The position numbers were made by a program, and so were the translations under genes. Shown here one piece after another: positions 34,852 through 45,040 of a stretch of 64,000 nt of DNA; within the stretch, counting starts at the first letter, position 1, and every line of letters begins with the position of its first letter. Location: NCBI GenBank assembly GCA_963675745.2, contig CAXXWX010000006.1, forward strand, positions 32,001 to 96,000, in the 5' to 3' direction. Under the pieces are notes generated by a model. The model worked only from the letters and a program-made list of their open reading frames with translations. It was not told where the DNA came from and made no database searches. Source of the DNA: Phycisphaerae bacterium. GTDB taxonomy: Bacteria > Planctomycetota > Phycisphaerae > UBA1845 > Fen-1342.

Positions 34852-37293
34852 TTGCCCATCGATACACCTGCCTCTGAATACGACGAGAACAGCATCGTAG
34901 TGCTCGAAGGTGTCGAGCATGTGCGCAAGCGGCCGGCGATGTATATCGGTGACACGGGGCTGCGCGGCCTGCACCACCTGGTGTACGAGGTGGTGGACAA
35001 CTCCGTGGACGAGGCGATGGCCGGCGTCTGCGACCGCATCGCCGTCATCATCGGTTCTGACGGCAGTATCAGCATTGAGGACAACGGGCGCGGCATCCCG
35101 GTCAAGACCAAGGAGGAGCAGGGTCTCTCGGCGCTGGAGATCTGCCTGACCCAGCTCAACGCCGGCGGCAAATTCGAGCACGGGTCGTACAAGGTCTCGG
35201 GTGGTTTGCACGGCGTGGGTGTGAGCGTTGTCAACGCCCTCTCGCGCTGGCTCAAGGCGCGCGTGTGGCGGCACGGCAAGATATGGGAAATGGAGTTCGA
35301 GCGCGGCCGCACCGTCGGTGAGTTGCGCGAGGTCGGCGACACCAATCGCACCGGCACGTATATCCACTTCATGCCGGATGACCAGATATTCGCCCAGACT
35401 GATTTTCACTACGACATTCTCGCCAAGCGTCTGCGCGAGCTGGCCTACCTGAACGCGGGGGTGAAGATCCCCTTCACGGATGAGCGCAGCGATCAGGAGG
35501 AGGTCTTTTACGCCGAGCACGGGCTGCGCGAATTCGTCGAGCACCTGAACGCGGGCAAGACGGTATTGCACGAACCGGTGGTCTTCCAGAACACGGACGA
35601 GGCCGGCGGGCTCGTGTGTGATGTGGCCTTTCAATACACCGACGGCTACAGCGAAACGACGATGTCGTTCGCCAACAACATCAACACCGTCGAAGGCGGC
35701 ACGCACCTGTCCGGTTTTCGCAGTGCCCTGACCCGCGCACTGAACAACCACGCGCGCAAGCGCAACCTGTTCAAAGCCAACGACCCGGTTCCCAGTGGCG
35801 ACGATATCCGCGAGGGGTTGATCGCCGTTGTCTCCGTCAAGGTATCGGAGCCGCAGTTCGAGGGGCAGACCAAGACCAAGCTCGGCAACAGCGATGTGGG
35901 CACGTTTGTCGAATCCAGTGTCAACGATCGTCTGAGCAGCTATCTGGAGGAACACCCGGCCGAGGCCAAGCGCGTGATCGGGAAGGCCGTGCAGGCCGCG
36001 GTCGCTCGCGAAGCCGCGCGCAAGGCCCGCGAGACTGCGCGCAAGACGGCGCTGAGTGGGGGAGGGATGTCGCGCAAGCTCGTCGACTGCTCGAGCCGCG
36101 ATGTCGAGTCGACCGAGATTTTCATTGTCGAGGGTGACTCGGCGGCCGGATCGGCCAAGGGTCACCGCGATGCGCGTACACAGGCGATCCTGCCGATCCG
36201 CGGCAAGATCCTCAATGTCGAAAAGGCCCGCCTGCACAAGATCCTCGGACACAACGAAATCGTCGAGATCATCAAAGCCATCGGCACCGGGCTGGGCAAG
36301 GAAGAGTTCGACATCAGCAAGCTGCGTTACGGCAAGATCATTCTCATGACCGACGCCGACGTTGACGGCTCGCACATCCGCACTTTGCTGCTGACGTTTC
36401 TGTTCCGGCATATGCGGCCGTTGATCGAGGCCGGGCGGATATTCATCGCCCAGCCCCCCCTGTTTCAACTGATCAAAGGCAAGCGCTCAGAGTATCTCGT
36501 CGATGACGCCGCACTGAACGCCCGGCTGACTGAACTGGGTATCGAGGATACGGAGCTGTTAATTCAGCGGTCCGGCGAGGCGCCGCACGTGGTGGATGCC
36601 GCTCAGTTGCGTGGTCTCCTGCCGCTGCTGGAGCATATTGAAGCTCAGGCCCGCACGCTGGGACGCCGTGGGATCCTCTTCGAGCCGTTCATGAAGACGT
36701 ACTATCGCGCGGGGCGGCTGCCGATCCTGCGTGCCCTGCTCCCCGAGAGCGAGCACTATTTCTACGCGTTGGAGGAGTACGACGAGTTCAAGGAGCGCCA
36801 CACGTCGGAGGGCACATCGTTCGTGAAGAACGAGTTGCCCGAGACACGCGCGCTGGAGGAGAGTTTTCAGCGGCTGGGTGACTACTCCTGCACGGTCGAT
36901 GACCTGTTCCTGCGGCGCGAGGAACAGATCACCGGCGAGCTGACGCCGGCCATTTTCGTTGTGCGCAATCAGCAGCGGGAGCCGCGCGAGCTGGACAATC
37001 TGCGCGGGCTCCCCGCCGGTATCCGCGCGATCGGCATGCACGGCTGGGAGCTGCGCCGCTTCAAGGGTCTCGGTGAGATGAACAAGGAGCAGTTGTGGGC
37101 AACCACGATGGACCCCGAGAACCGCGTATTGCTGAAGGTGATCGTCGGCGAAACCGATGACGACCCGGAACAGGCCGATATCGACGCCGTCGAGGCCGAT
37201 CGTATCTTCAGCATTCTGATGGGCGAGAACGTGGAAGCCCGGCGGGAATTCATCGAGACCAACGCGATACACGTGAAGAATCTTGACATTTGA
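34852..37293 (+). CDS. gyrB: DNA gyrase subunit B (long form with TOPRIM insertion)
   Basis: VRKRPAMYIG, EVVDNSVDE, SGGLHGVG, VEGDSA, DADVDG and RFKGLGEM motifs. Confidence 0.97.
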   Translation: MPIDTPASEYDENSIVVLEGVEHVRKRPAMYIGDTGLRGLHHLVYEVVDNSVDEAMAGVCDRIAVIIGSDGSISIEDNGRGIPVKTKEEQGLSALEICLTQLNAGGKFEHGSYKVSGGLHGVGVSVVNALSRWLKARVWRHGKIWEMEFERGRTVGELREVGDTNRTGTYIHFMPDDQIFAQTDFHYDILAKRLRELAYLNAGVKIPFTDERSDQEEVFYAEHGLREFVEHLNAGKTVLHEPVVFQNTDEAGGLVCDVAFQYTDGYSETTMSFANNINTVEGGTHLSGFRSALTRALNNHARKRNLFKANDPVPSGDDIREGLIAVVSVKVSEPQFEGQTKTKLGNSDVGTFVESSVNDRLSSYLEEHPAEAKRVIGKAVQAAVAREAARKARETARKTALSGGGMSRKLVDCSSRDVESTEIFIVEGDSAAGSAKGHRDARTQAILPIRGKILNVEKARLHKILGHNEIVEIIKAIGTGLGKEEFDISKLRYGKIILMTDADVDGSHIRTLLLTFLFRHMRPLIEAGRIFIAQPPLFQLIKGKRSEYLVDDAALNARLTELGIEDTELLIQRSGEAPHVVDAAQLRGLLPLLEHIEAQARTLGRRGILFEPFMKTYYRAGRLPILRALLPESEHYFYALEEYDEFKERHTSEGTSFVKNELPETRALEESFQRLGDYSCTVDDLFLRREEQITGELTPAIFVVRNQQREPRELDNLRGLPAGIRAIGMHGWELRRFKGLGEMNKEQLWATTMDPENRVLLKVIVGETDDDPEQADIDAVEADRIFSILMGENVEARREFIETNAIHVKNLDI

Positions 37294-37319
37294 GGCGCCA
37301 GCGCTGGCGGAGCACAGGA

Positions 37320-37493
37320 ATGAACAAGACCATTCAGCTAATGATACTGGCTATCATCATCCTTCTCATCGCGGTTGGAGTCATCGTCGCCTTGACTTAC
37401 GAGCCCGACCGGTCGATCCCGCAGACAACCGAGTTGCAGTCGGCTGAGCCCTCCAGGCCGTCGCGCGCGATACCCGACGACGATGGCGAGTAG
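37320..37493 (+). CDS. Small single-TM hypothetical protein
   Basis: MNKTIQLMILAIIILLIAVGVIVAL. Confidence 0.45.
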   Translation: MNKTIQLMILAIIILLIAVGVIVALTYEPDRSIPQTTELQSAEPSRPSRAIPDDDGE

Positions 37494-37558
37494 GCATGTT
37501 CGGCGCCGGCGCGCGGATTGAACGTCGGCGGCGCGTAAGTTAACATAGCTGGTCTGGC

Positions 37559-37642
37559 GCCGAAGTGGCGGAACTGGCAGACGCGCGGGATTCAAAATCC
37601 CGTCCTGGCAACAGGGTGAGGGTTCGAGTCCCTCCTTCGGCA
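37559..37642 (+). tRNA. tRNA-Leu (anticodon CAA), CCA not encoded
   Basis: Acceptor GCCGAAG/CTTCGGC, D-arm TGGCGGAACTGGCAGACGC, anticodon stem CGGGA-TTCAAAA-TCCCG, long variable arm, T-loop GGTTCGAGTCC. Confidence 0.96.
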
Positions 37643-37743
37643 ATCATCAGGTCGTATCGCGCCGGGCCAAATGGGGCTCCTGGCACGGCCCCGCACTGAA
37701 GCGGAGTTGGTGGGTTTGCCACGTAACACCCAGCCTGCCCAGC

Positions 37744-39903
37744 GTGTTGGCGACTGATCTGCTGTGCGACGGAGAGTCTCCCTTGGCCCGCCCGGAAAAG
37801 AAACGCTCACGGGGCACGCGGCCGACCGCCGCGCCCGAGCGCGAGGCACTCGAAAAGCCGCCGTCAGCCGTCCCCCTTCCGGGGTATCTCAAGTATCTGC
37901 AAGTCGGCGTCATCCTGCTGTTTGTGGTGGCGTGTGCGCACGGGGTGCTGGAGGTGCACTCCTCGACCGACACCTGGATCGGTCTGGCCGCCGGCCGCGC
38001 CATCTTCTCCGAGCCGGAGTTTCCCGTTGCCGACACTTTCAGCTACACGTTCAACGGCGACACCTGGTTCAATCAGAACTGGCTGAGCCACGTCTACTTC
38101 TGGATTCTCTACGACTACATCGGCCCCGATTGGGTCGTTTACGGCACGTGGTTTCTTGGCGCGATCACGTTCGTCAGCGTTTTGCTGGCAACCAGGCTGC
38201 GCTGCGGTTCGTGGTTTGCCGCCACGCTGGCAGCGGCGGTGGTTGCTTTTGCCACGCGCGACTGGCTCAGCGCCCGACCCGCGACCACGCAGTTCGCTTG
38301 TATTTCCGTACTGTGGCTGGCGCTGATGGCGCTGTGGTCACAAGGAGAGCGCCGACGCTGGTGGCCGCTGCTCATCATCCTGCTGGATTTCCTGGCATGG
38401 ACGCACGCGCACGGCAGCTTCATCTTCGGCTATATGCTGATCGTTATGTTCCTGGGTTGTGCGCTGCTGCCCTGGATCGCCAGGGGCATCTGGGGCCGGC
38501 AACTCGACATCCAACCCGGCACCGCACTCTGGCAATTGGGCGTTGTGGTGGCGCTGGCGCTGGTTACCGCCGTGCTGGGGATCGTGCTCAGCCCCTACGG
38601 CGTCGATAATTTCACGCACCCGTTGCTGGTGACCGAGAGCAAGGTATTCAGGCAGGTCTCCGAGTGGCGGCCGCCCTATCTCAGCGCGAATTTCCCACAT
38701 GTCGGGCGCTTCTGGACCGCGTTTGGTATTGCGGTGGCGGCGCCGGTCATCGCCTTGATCCTGCTCGCGGTGGACCGAGCGACGCTCGCCGGCGCTGGAG
38801 CGCAGAACAAGCGGCGCAGCGTGCGGCCATGGTACCTGGGGGCTGAACTAACCCTATTCGATATCGCCGCGGTCGCCGGCGGGTTGTACATGGTGATGTT
38901 TGCGCGCCGCTTCGCACCGATTTTCTACATCCTCTCCACGCCGGCGCTGGTCGCCTGGATCATGTTGATCGTGCGACGGATGTCCGCGCAGATGCGCTTA
39001 ATGGCACGCGCGGGGCTGGTTTTTGCGGCATGTATCGCGGCGGTGGCACTCGGAAAATGGACATTCCAGTTGGCCCGCCACGAGCTTTACACGATCAACC
39101 CACCCGATCGCCACTACAACCTGCTCGAGCGTGTCACGCGTTTCGATCACACGCCCCAGGAAGCGCTGGAGTTCATCAGCCATAACAAGCTGTCTGTAAA
39201 CGTGATGGCGGAGTGGACGCAGGCCGGGTTGATCATGTTCTTCGCGCCGACGGCGAAGGTGTTTATCGACGGGCGCTCACAGCAGGTTTATGACGAGAAG
39301 CACTATCTGCTCTACACGGCGCTGTTGAACTTCCCGCCTGAACACGAGTCCAAAGTCGTTGAATTGCTGGCTTCGAAGGGCACGGAGATGGTCTTGCTGC
39401 GCCGCACGCCGGCAACGATGCGCCTGATGAACGCGGTGGCGCACGCCAAGGACTGGCACATCATATACCGCTCGCAATACGCCTTCATGTTCGTGCAGCG
39501 GGACGGGCGGTTTGAGCAGACGCTGGCGATGCGCGAGCGCGCCGGTGACTTGTGGTGGCCCGACACGCCGGAAGGCCTGGCGGCGCGGGGGCGTCTGCTG
39601 GTTACCACGGAGCCGGCTGAAACGGTCCGCGGGGCCGCGCTCGGGATGGCGGCCATCGAGCGCAAACCGGAAGTCGGGCTGGCCGGCTATGCCTGGATTT
39701 GCGGGGCGATGCTGCGTGACGCCCGCGCCGACGAGGCACTGGAGTACCTGCGCACCGAACGTGCCAGGCTGGCAACGCGACCGCCGGATATGCGCCAGGA
39801 TGTACACGCGGCGTTGCTCAAGGAAATCGCGCGCTGCGAGCAATACGTCGGCAATTGGAAAGCGGCTCAGCGCAGAGGTACCGCTCCGGCCAGACAGCCC
39901 TGA
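37744..39903 (+). CDS. Polytopic membrane protein, possible GT-C-fold glycosyltransferase, with C-terminal helical domain
   Basis: DTW..L..GR, DTFSYT, W.NQNWL, ARP, W...HGSF, SEW.P and FIDGR motifs; many TMs. True start may be TTG near 37783. Confidence 0.6.
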   Translation: MLATDLLCDGESPLARPEKKRSRGTRPTAAPEREALEKPPSAVPLPGYLKYLQVGVILLFVVACAHGVLEVHSSTDTWIGLAAGRAIFSEPEFPVADTFSYTFNGDTWFNQNWLSHVYFWILYDYIGPDWVVYGTWFLGAITFVSVLLATRLRCGSWFAATLAAAVVAFATRDWLSARPATTQFACISVLWLALMALWSQGERRRWWPLLIILLDFLAWTHAHGSFIFGYMLIVMFLGCALLPWIARGIWGRQLDIQPGTALWQLGVVVALALVTAVLGIVLSPYGVDNFTHPLLVTESKVFRQVSEWRPPYLSANFPHVGRFWTAFGIAVAAPVIALILLAVDRATLAGAGAQNKRRSVRPWYLGAELTLFDIAAVAGGLYMVMFARRFAPIFYILSTPALVAWIMLIVRRMSAQMRLMARAGLVFAACIAAVALGKWTFQLARHELYTINPPDRHYNLLERVTRFDHTPQEALEFISHNKLSVNVMAEWTQAGLIMFFAPTAKVFIDGRSQQVYDEKHYLLYTALLNFPPEHESKVVELLASKGTEMVLLRRTPATMRLMNAVAHAKDWHIIYRSQYAFMFVQRDGRFEQTLAMRERAGDLWWPDTPEGLAARGRLLVTTEPAETVRGAALGMAAIERKPEVGLAGYAWICGAMLRDARADEALEYLRTERARLATRPPDMRQDVHAALLKEIARCEQYVGNWKAAQRRGTAPARQP

Positions 39904-39957
39904 TCGCGGACCAGCGCCCGGCATTCCGAACCCACTGCACTCCATATACGGTGAATC

Positions 39958-40995
39958 ATGGATAGAACCGTCGACCTTAGAAGCGACACCGTCACCAAGC
40001 CGTCCGCGGAAATGCGCGCGGCGATCGCGGCGGCCGAAGTCGGTGATGACGTGCTCGGTGATGACCCGACCGTCAACCGTTTGCAGCAGCGCTGTGCGGA
40101 ATTGCTGGGCAAGGAAGCGGCCGTATTCGTTCCATCCGGCACGATGGCCAATGCGCTGGCGATTCGCAGTGCCACCGAGCCCGGCGACGAGTTGATCATC
40201 GATGAAACCACCCACAGCTACAACTATGAGACCGGTGCGCCGGCGGCGCTGGCCGGTTGCAGCTTCCGCCTGTTCCACGCGCCGCGCGGCATCTTCGATG
40301 CGGGCGACGTTGAGGCTGCATACCGGCCGCCATCCGACCATTTCGCGCGTTCGCGCATGGTGATCGCGGAGAACACCAACAATCGCGGCGGCGGCAGCAT
40401 CTGGCCGGTCGAACGTATGGCGCGGATTCGCGAGGTTGCGACGCGCCTCGGGCTGCATGTCCACATGGACGGCGCGCGTCTGATGAACGCTTGTGTCGCC
40501 AAGGGCTGTGCGCCGACTGATTACACGCGTCATGTTGACAGCGTGTCGATGTGTTTCTCGAAGGGCCTCGGCGCGCCGGTCGGGTCGATTCTCGCAGGCC
40601 CCGAGCACTTCATCGAACGGGCTCACCGTTTTCGCAAAATGTTTGGCGGTGCGATGCGCCAGGCGGGGCTGCTGGCGGCGGCGGCCCTCTATGCGCTCGA
40701 CCACAATGTGCAGCGCCTGGCGGAGGATCACGCCAACGCCAGGCGCCTCGCCGACGCCATCGCCGCCCTGCCGGGCATCAGCCTCGACCCGCAAACCGTC
40801 GAGACCAACATCGTGATTTTCGGCGTCGCGCCGGAGTTGGGCGGCGGCCCCGCATTCGCCCGGAAACTGCACGACAGCGGCATCCGCGTCCTGACCGAGC
40901 TGACAGGAAATATCCGCGCCGTCACACATCTTGACGTGGACCGCGCGCAGATCGATCGGACAATCGGAGTCTTCGAGAAACTCTGCCGGCCGTAA
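39958..40995 (+). CDS. ltaE: Low-specificity L-threonine aldolase
   Basis: DLRSDTVT.P, PSGTMAN, HMDGARL, CFSKGLGAPVGS and GGAMRQAG motifs. Confidence 0.95.
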   Translation: MDRTVDLRSDTVTKPSAEMRAAIAAAEVGDDVLGDDPTVNRLQQRCAELLGKEAAVFVPSGTMANALAIRSATEPGDELIIDETTHSYNYETGAPAALAGCSFRLFHAPRGIFDAGDVEAAYRPPSDHFARSRMVIAENTNNRGGGSIWPVERMARIREVATRLGLHVHMDGARLMNACVAKGCAPTDYTRHVDSVSMCFSKGLGAPVGSILAGPEHFIERAHRFRKMFGGAMRQAGLLAAAALYALDHNVQRLAEDHANARRLADAIAALPGISLDPQTVETNIVIFGVAPELGGGPAFARKLHDSGIRVLTELTGNIRAVTHLDVDRAQIDRTIGVFEKLCRP

Positions 40996-41016
40996 TCACC
41001 GACGGCTGTATGCACG

Positions 41017-41658
41017 GTGACCGCGATGGATGTCGATCTCCAGCAACTGCCCATCCCGGACTGGGGACTGCAATGTCCCCAATGTGAATACCCGCTCTAT
41101 GGACTACCGACGCACCGCTGTCCGGAGTGCGGCACGATCATCGACGTGGCGTCCCTGATCCGCACCTGGACGCGCCTGCGGGACCCGCTGTTCACGGGAC
41201 ACGAGCTGCCGATTCCCGAATACGGCATGTTGTGCTCGGCCTGCGGCTGCACACTGGATAATTCGCCGACGCTGGCGTGCCGGGGCTGTGGGCGCGATGT
41301 GTCGGACCAGCTCACGCCGCCCAAAACGCCGTGGTTTCGCGTCCACAGTAGTATTTGTCGGCGCTTCACAATCCCGCAGGTGGGAATGCTGCTGGAAGCT
41401 GAGCTGATTCCCTTTCTGCTCAGCGACGAGCGCTCGGTAATCGAGATTCACGCGGGCGGTGCGGCGATTGGCGGGCGGCTGAGTGTGCCGAGCGAGTTCT
41501 ATTTCGACCTGCTCTGGCTGCTGGAGCGCGAACGGCGCAAGAACGAAGCGGCCCCGGCGCGCGGCGCGCACGCCGCCTGGGACTGCCAGGCCTGTGGCGA
41601 GCACAACCCGGCGAATTTCGACATCTGCTGGAACTGCGGCACGGCGTGCGAAACCTAA
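41017..41658 (+). CDS. Multi zinc-ribbon protein with DUF2007-like domain and RanBP2-type finger
   Basis: CPQC..CPECG, CSAC..CRGCG, LL.AE.IP and WDCQACGEHNPANFDICWNCG motifs. Confidence 0.7.
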   Translation: MTAMDVDLQQLPIPDWGLQCPQCEYPLYGLPTHRCPECGTIIDVASLIRTWTRLRDPLFTGHELPIPEYGMLCSACGCTLDNSPTLACRGCGRDVSDQLTPPKTPWFRVHSSICRRFTIPQVGMLLEAELIPFLLSDERSVIEIHAGGAAIGGRLSVPSEFYFDLLWLLERERRKNEAAPARGAHAAWDCQACGEHNPANFDICWNCGTACET

Positions 41659-42074
41659 TCCCCCATGACCTGCACCACGACTTTGCGCTGGCGCCCGCGC
41701 GTGTCAAAGTCGATGAGGATGATCTGCTGCCAGGTTCCGAGCGTCAGGCGCCCATCAACGATCGGCACGGTGAGTGACGGACCCAACGCCGATGCGCGCA
41801 CGTGGGCGTGGCCGTTGTCGTCGTGCCAGGTTTCTTCGTGCTTGTAGTAAATATCCGCGGGGGCGATCCGCTCGTAGAACGCCTCCAGGTCGTGGGTGAG
41901 CAATCCCGGTTCGGATTCGGTTGTTGTAATGGCGGCGGTCGACCCGATCACGAACACGGTCGCCGCACCCGCCCTGATCCCCGACTGTCCGACGATCCGG
42001 GTAACTTGCTCGTTGATATCGATCACGTGCGCATTGCCGCGCGTTTTGACATCGATTTGCCCGGTGTGAACCAT
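41655..42074 (-). CDS. yjbQ: YjbQ (UPF0047) family protein
   Basis: STAAITT.E.EP, DNGHAH and LGTWQQI..IDFD motifs. Confidence 0.9.
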   Translation of the reverse strand: MVHTGQIDVKTRGNAHVIDINEQVTRIVGQSGIRAGAATVFVIGSTAAITTTESEPGLLTHDLEAFYERIAPADIYYKHEETWHDDNGHAHVRASALGPSLTVPIVDGRLTLGTWQQIILIDFDTRGRQRKVVVQVMGD

Positions 42075-42199
42075 CTGTTTTCCTCGATTTGGTTGGCGCC
42101 TCGTGGTTCGAGCGCTGGTTGGGTACAATAATACGGGCAATCTGTGATTCCAGACAAAGCGGATGCGGGGCCAGGGCGTCTTTTGAGATCGGGGTCATC

Positions 42200-43357
42200 A
42201 TGGGAACAGAGCTAACAGACGATCACCAGTTGCTGGTCGACGCGGTGCGCGATTATGCGCGGGCCGAGCTGATCACGCGCGACGGCGAGTGGGATCGCAC
42301 CGAGACGTCGTGCTGCACCGAACTGTCCCAATTGTACGAATTGGGGCTGATGGGGCTGCGCGTGCCGGAGTCCAACGGCGGCATCGAGTGTCCGATGGTG
42401 CCGTATGCCCACATCATCAGGGAATTGGCCTATGCCTCACCCGCCGTCGCCGTAACCGTCAGCGTTCACTCGATGGTCTGCGAAGCAATCAAGATGTTCG
42501 CCACTGAGGCCAATCGCGGCGAGCTGCTCTCGAGCCTGGCGACCGGGGGGCACCTGTCCGCGTTTGCGATCAGCGAAGCCAACAGTGGCAGCGATCCGGC
42601 CTCAGCGCGAACGCGTGCGGAGAAGGTCGACGGCGGTTGGCGGCTCAACGGCGCGAAAATGTGGGTCACGAACGGCATGACCGGTCGCTGGTTCATCGTG
42701 CTGGCGCGCACCAGCTATCGCGAGGATGCTCGCGACTTGTCAATGTTCCTCATGGACGCCGAGCAGGATGGCGTAACGCGCCGACCGATTCACGGGAAGA
42801 TGGGCATTCGCGGGTCGGAGACGGCCGAACTCAGTCTCGAGAATGTCATCGTGCCCGACGACCATCTGTTGGGCCGGCCGGGTCAAGGTCTGAGTATCGC
42901 ATTATCGGCTCTCGATGGCGGGCGCATCGGCATAGCCGCCCAAGCCACGGGGATCGCTGAAGCCTGTCTCGATCTGATGGTCGCCTATGTGCGCGAGCGG
43001 GAACAATTCAAGCGGCCGATCTCGGAGTTTCAGGCTATCCAGTGGATGATTGCTGACAGCGAGACCGAGATATCCGCCGCCCGACTGCTCTTCGAACAGG
43101 CGGCCGACTTGAAGGAGTCCGGCAAGCCTTTCACGCGCGAATCAGCCATGGCCAAGCTCTATGCCAGCGAAATGGCGAACCGCGTGGCATATCGCGCGGT
43201 GCAGGCCCATGGCGGTTATGGTTTCGTAAACGAGTTTCGTGTTGAGCAGCTCTACCGTGATGCCCGTGTCACCACCATTTACGAAGGGACCAGCGAGATC
43301 CAGCGTTTCGTGATCGCCCGCGACGTGATAAAGGCCGGTGAGCTGGCGCCGCGCTGA
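42200..43357 (+). CDS. Acyl-CoA dehydrogenase
   Basis: SEANSGSD, LNGAKMWVTN, KMGIRGS, LDGGRIGIA and IYEGTSEIQ motifs. Confidence 0.95.
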   Translation: MGTELTDDHQLLVDAVRDYARAELITRDGEWDRTETSCCTELSQLYELGLMGLRVPESNGGIECPMVPYAHIIRELAYASPAVAVTVSVHSMVCEAIKMFATEANRGELLSSLATGGHLSAFAISEANSGSDPASARTRAEKVDGGWRLNGAKMWVTNGMTGRWFIVLARTSYREDARDLSMFLMDAEQDGVTRRPIHGKMGIRGSETAELSLENVIVPDDHLLGRPGQGLSIALSALDGGRIGIAAQATGIAEACLDLMVAYVREREQFKRPISEFQAIQWMIADSETEISAARLLFEQAADLKESGKPFTRESAMAKLYASEMANRVAYRAVQAHGGYGFVNEFRVEQLYRDARVTTIYEGTSEIQRFVIARDVIKAGELAPR

Positions 43358-43381
43358 GCGCCTGGATTCAAAGCGGGGCGA

Positions 43382-43609
43382 TTAGAGCACAAGTGGTCCG
43401 TCCCGGCTGATGGCGCCGCGGTAGGCGTCGACGATTCCGAAGATCCAGACGATCGGCAGCAGCACGAATCCGATCAGCAGGAAGCACAGGAATCCGTTGA
43501 TTATCTGGATCAGCATCAGGAGCAGGCCCTTGAAGATCTGCCCGTTGTAGATCTGCCCTAGTCCGGTGATGAAGAAGCTCAGGACGGCGGCGATGCCCGG
43601 GTCTTTCAT
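43382..43609 (-). CDS. Small TM2-like membrane protein
   Basis: KDPGIAAVLSFFITGLGQIYNGQ...KG...WIFGIVDAY. Confidence 0.8.
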   Translation of the reverse strand: MKDPGIAAVLSFFITGLGQIYNGQIFKGLLLMLIQIINGFLCFLLIGFVLLPIVWIFGIVDAYRGAISRDGPLVL

Positions 43610-43927
43610 GTTAGACCTCCCTCTTCCGTGTCTGCCGACAAGCCGGTCGGCACGCATGGGAGTATTCGGACCAGAAACGCGTATATTTCCGCCTCATAAC
43701 CGGTTGCCGGCCGTGAAAACCGCCGCGGCGCTTGTATGGGTGCGTGATCGCGGAATAATCGAACATGCATAGCGTGTGGCGGCGTCCGGGCAGCCCTGTT
43801 GGACGGTCGCGACACGACACGTTCATTGGAGTACCGCGGATCGATGGGTACGAAACGTAAAAGAGCCGGAGTCGGCTGGGGTGCTACCAGCGCTACGGGT
43901 GGTGGCGGCTGGGGCGCCGGTGGCTTT

Positions 43928-44980
43928 GTGGCCCCGCAACCGACGCAGGATCTGAACGTTGCCCGGACCGAGCCGCTGGTTTCCCCGCGTGACGCCAAAC
44001 GCGATTTGCCCATGACCGTCCCAGCCAACCGCACGGTCGTCGAGAGCCGCGAGACCATCAAGTCGATTCTCAGCGGCACCGATCCCAGAATGCTGGTGAT
44101 TGTGGGGCCCTGCTCGATCCACGACGAGGGCCTTGCCATCGAGTACGCACGCCGCCTGGCCGAGCTGCATCGTGAAGTCTGCGATCGGCTTTTTCTCGTC
44201 ATGCGGGTCTATTTCGAAAAGCCACGCACAACCGTCGGGTGGAAAGGCTTGATCAACGACCCGCACCTGAACGGGACGTTCGATATGGACCTGGGGATTC
44301 GCCAGGCGCGGCGAATACTGCTGGCGCTGGCGGAAACGGGCGTCGCCGCCGGTACGGAAATGCTCGAGCCGATTTCACCCCAGTACATCGCCGACCTGAT
44401 CAGTTGGTCGGCCATCGGCGCGCGCACCACCGAATCGCAGACCCACCGCCAGATGGCCAGCGGCCTGTCGATGCCGGTGGGGTTCAAGAACGGTACCGAC
44501 GGCAACCTGCAAATCGTCCTGGACGCCATGAATTCGGCGCGCCACGCGCACGGTTTTCTCGGCATCGATGAGGACGGACGCACCGCGACAATCCGCACGC
44601 GTGGCAACGCGTGGGGGCATCTGATTCTCCGGGGCGGCACGCGCGGGCCGAACTATGACGCCGCCAATGTCGCAGTCGCGCTCGAGGCTCTACGTAAGGC
44701 CAGGTTGCCCGATGTCGTGATGGTCGATGTCAGTCACGCGAACTCCGAGAAAAAGTGTGCAAACCAGGGCCGTGTCTGGCGTAACGTGATCGAACAGCGC
44801 CAAGCCGGCAATCCACGCATCATCGGTGCCATGCTGGAAAGCAACCTCTGCGCGGGCAATCAGAAACTGGGAGACGACCCGGCCGCGCTGAAATACGGCG
44901 TTTCAATCACCGACGAGTGCATAGGTTGGGAAGAAACCGAAGAACTGCTCCGCGAGGCGGCCCGCTCACTGACGCGCTGA
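43928..44980 (+). CDS. Class I-alpha DAHP synthase (AroF/G/H family)
   Basis: GPCSIHD, RVYFEKPRTTVGWKG, IGARTTESQ.HR, DVSHANS and YGVSITD.C motifs. Start placed at GTG 43928; an upstream in-frame ATG also exists. Confidence 0.95.
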   Translation: MAPQPTQDLNVARTEPLVSPRDAKRDLPMTVPANRTVVESRETIKSILSGTDPRMLVIVGPCSIHDEGLAIEYARRLAELHREVCDRLFLVMRVYFEKPRTTVGWKGLINDPHLNGTFDMDLGIRQARRILLALAETGVAAGTEMLEPISPQYIADLISWSAIGARTTESQTHRQMASGLSMPVGFKNGTDGNLQIVLDAMNSARHAHGFLGIDEDGRTATIRTRGNAWGHLILRGGTRGPNYDAANVAVALEALRKARLPDVVMVDVSHANSEKKCANQGRVWRNVIEQRQAGNPRIIGAMLESNLCAGNQKLGDDPAALKYGVSITDECIGWEETEELLREAARSLTR

Positions 44981-45040
44981 CATCCGCCTCATGCCCGATA
45001 CCGGCGTCCCGGGATAACCCACGTCCAATCTGCCGCGTGT

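Noticed and set aside
34738..36468. Long antisense ORFs (576 aa here; similar at 33218, 39277 and 60696)
   Set aside because: Shadow ORFs of conserved housekeeping genes, typical of high-GC codon bias.
37559..37700. tRNA-Leu as an integration site for a genomic island
   Set aside because: No integrase, no duplicated tRNA 3' end and no compositional shift downstream.
43861..43992. Tyr/Trp-rich frame (YQRYGWWR) upstream of DAHP synthase as an attenuator leader peptide
   Set aside because: No start codon between the preceding TAA and the Trp codons, and no terminator hairpin seen.
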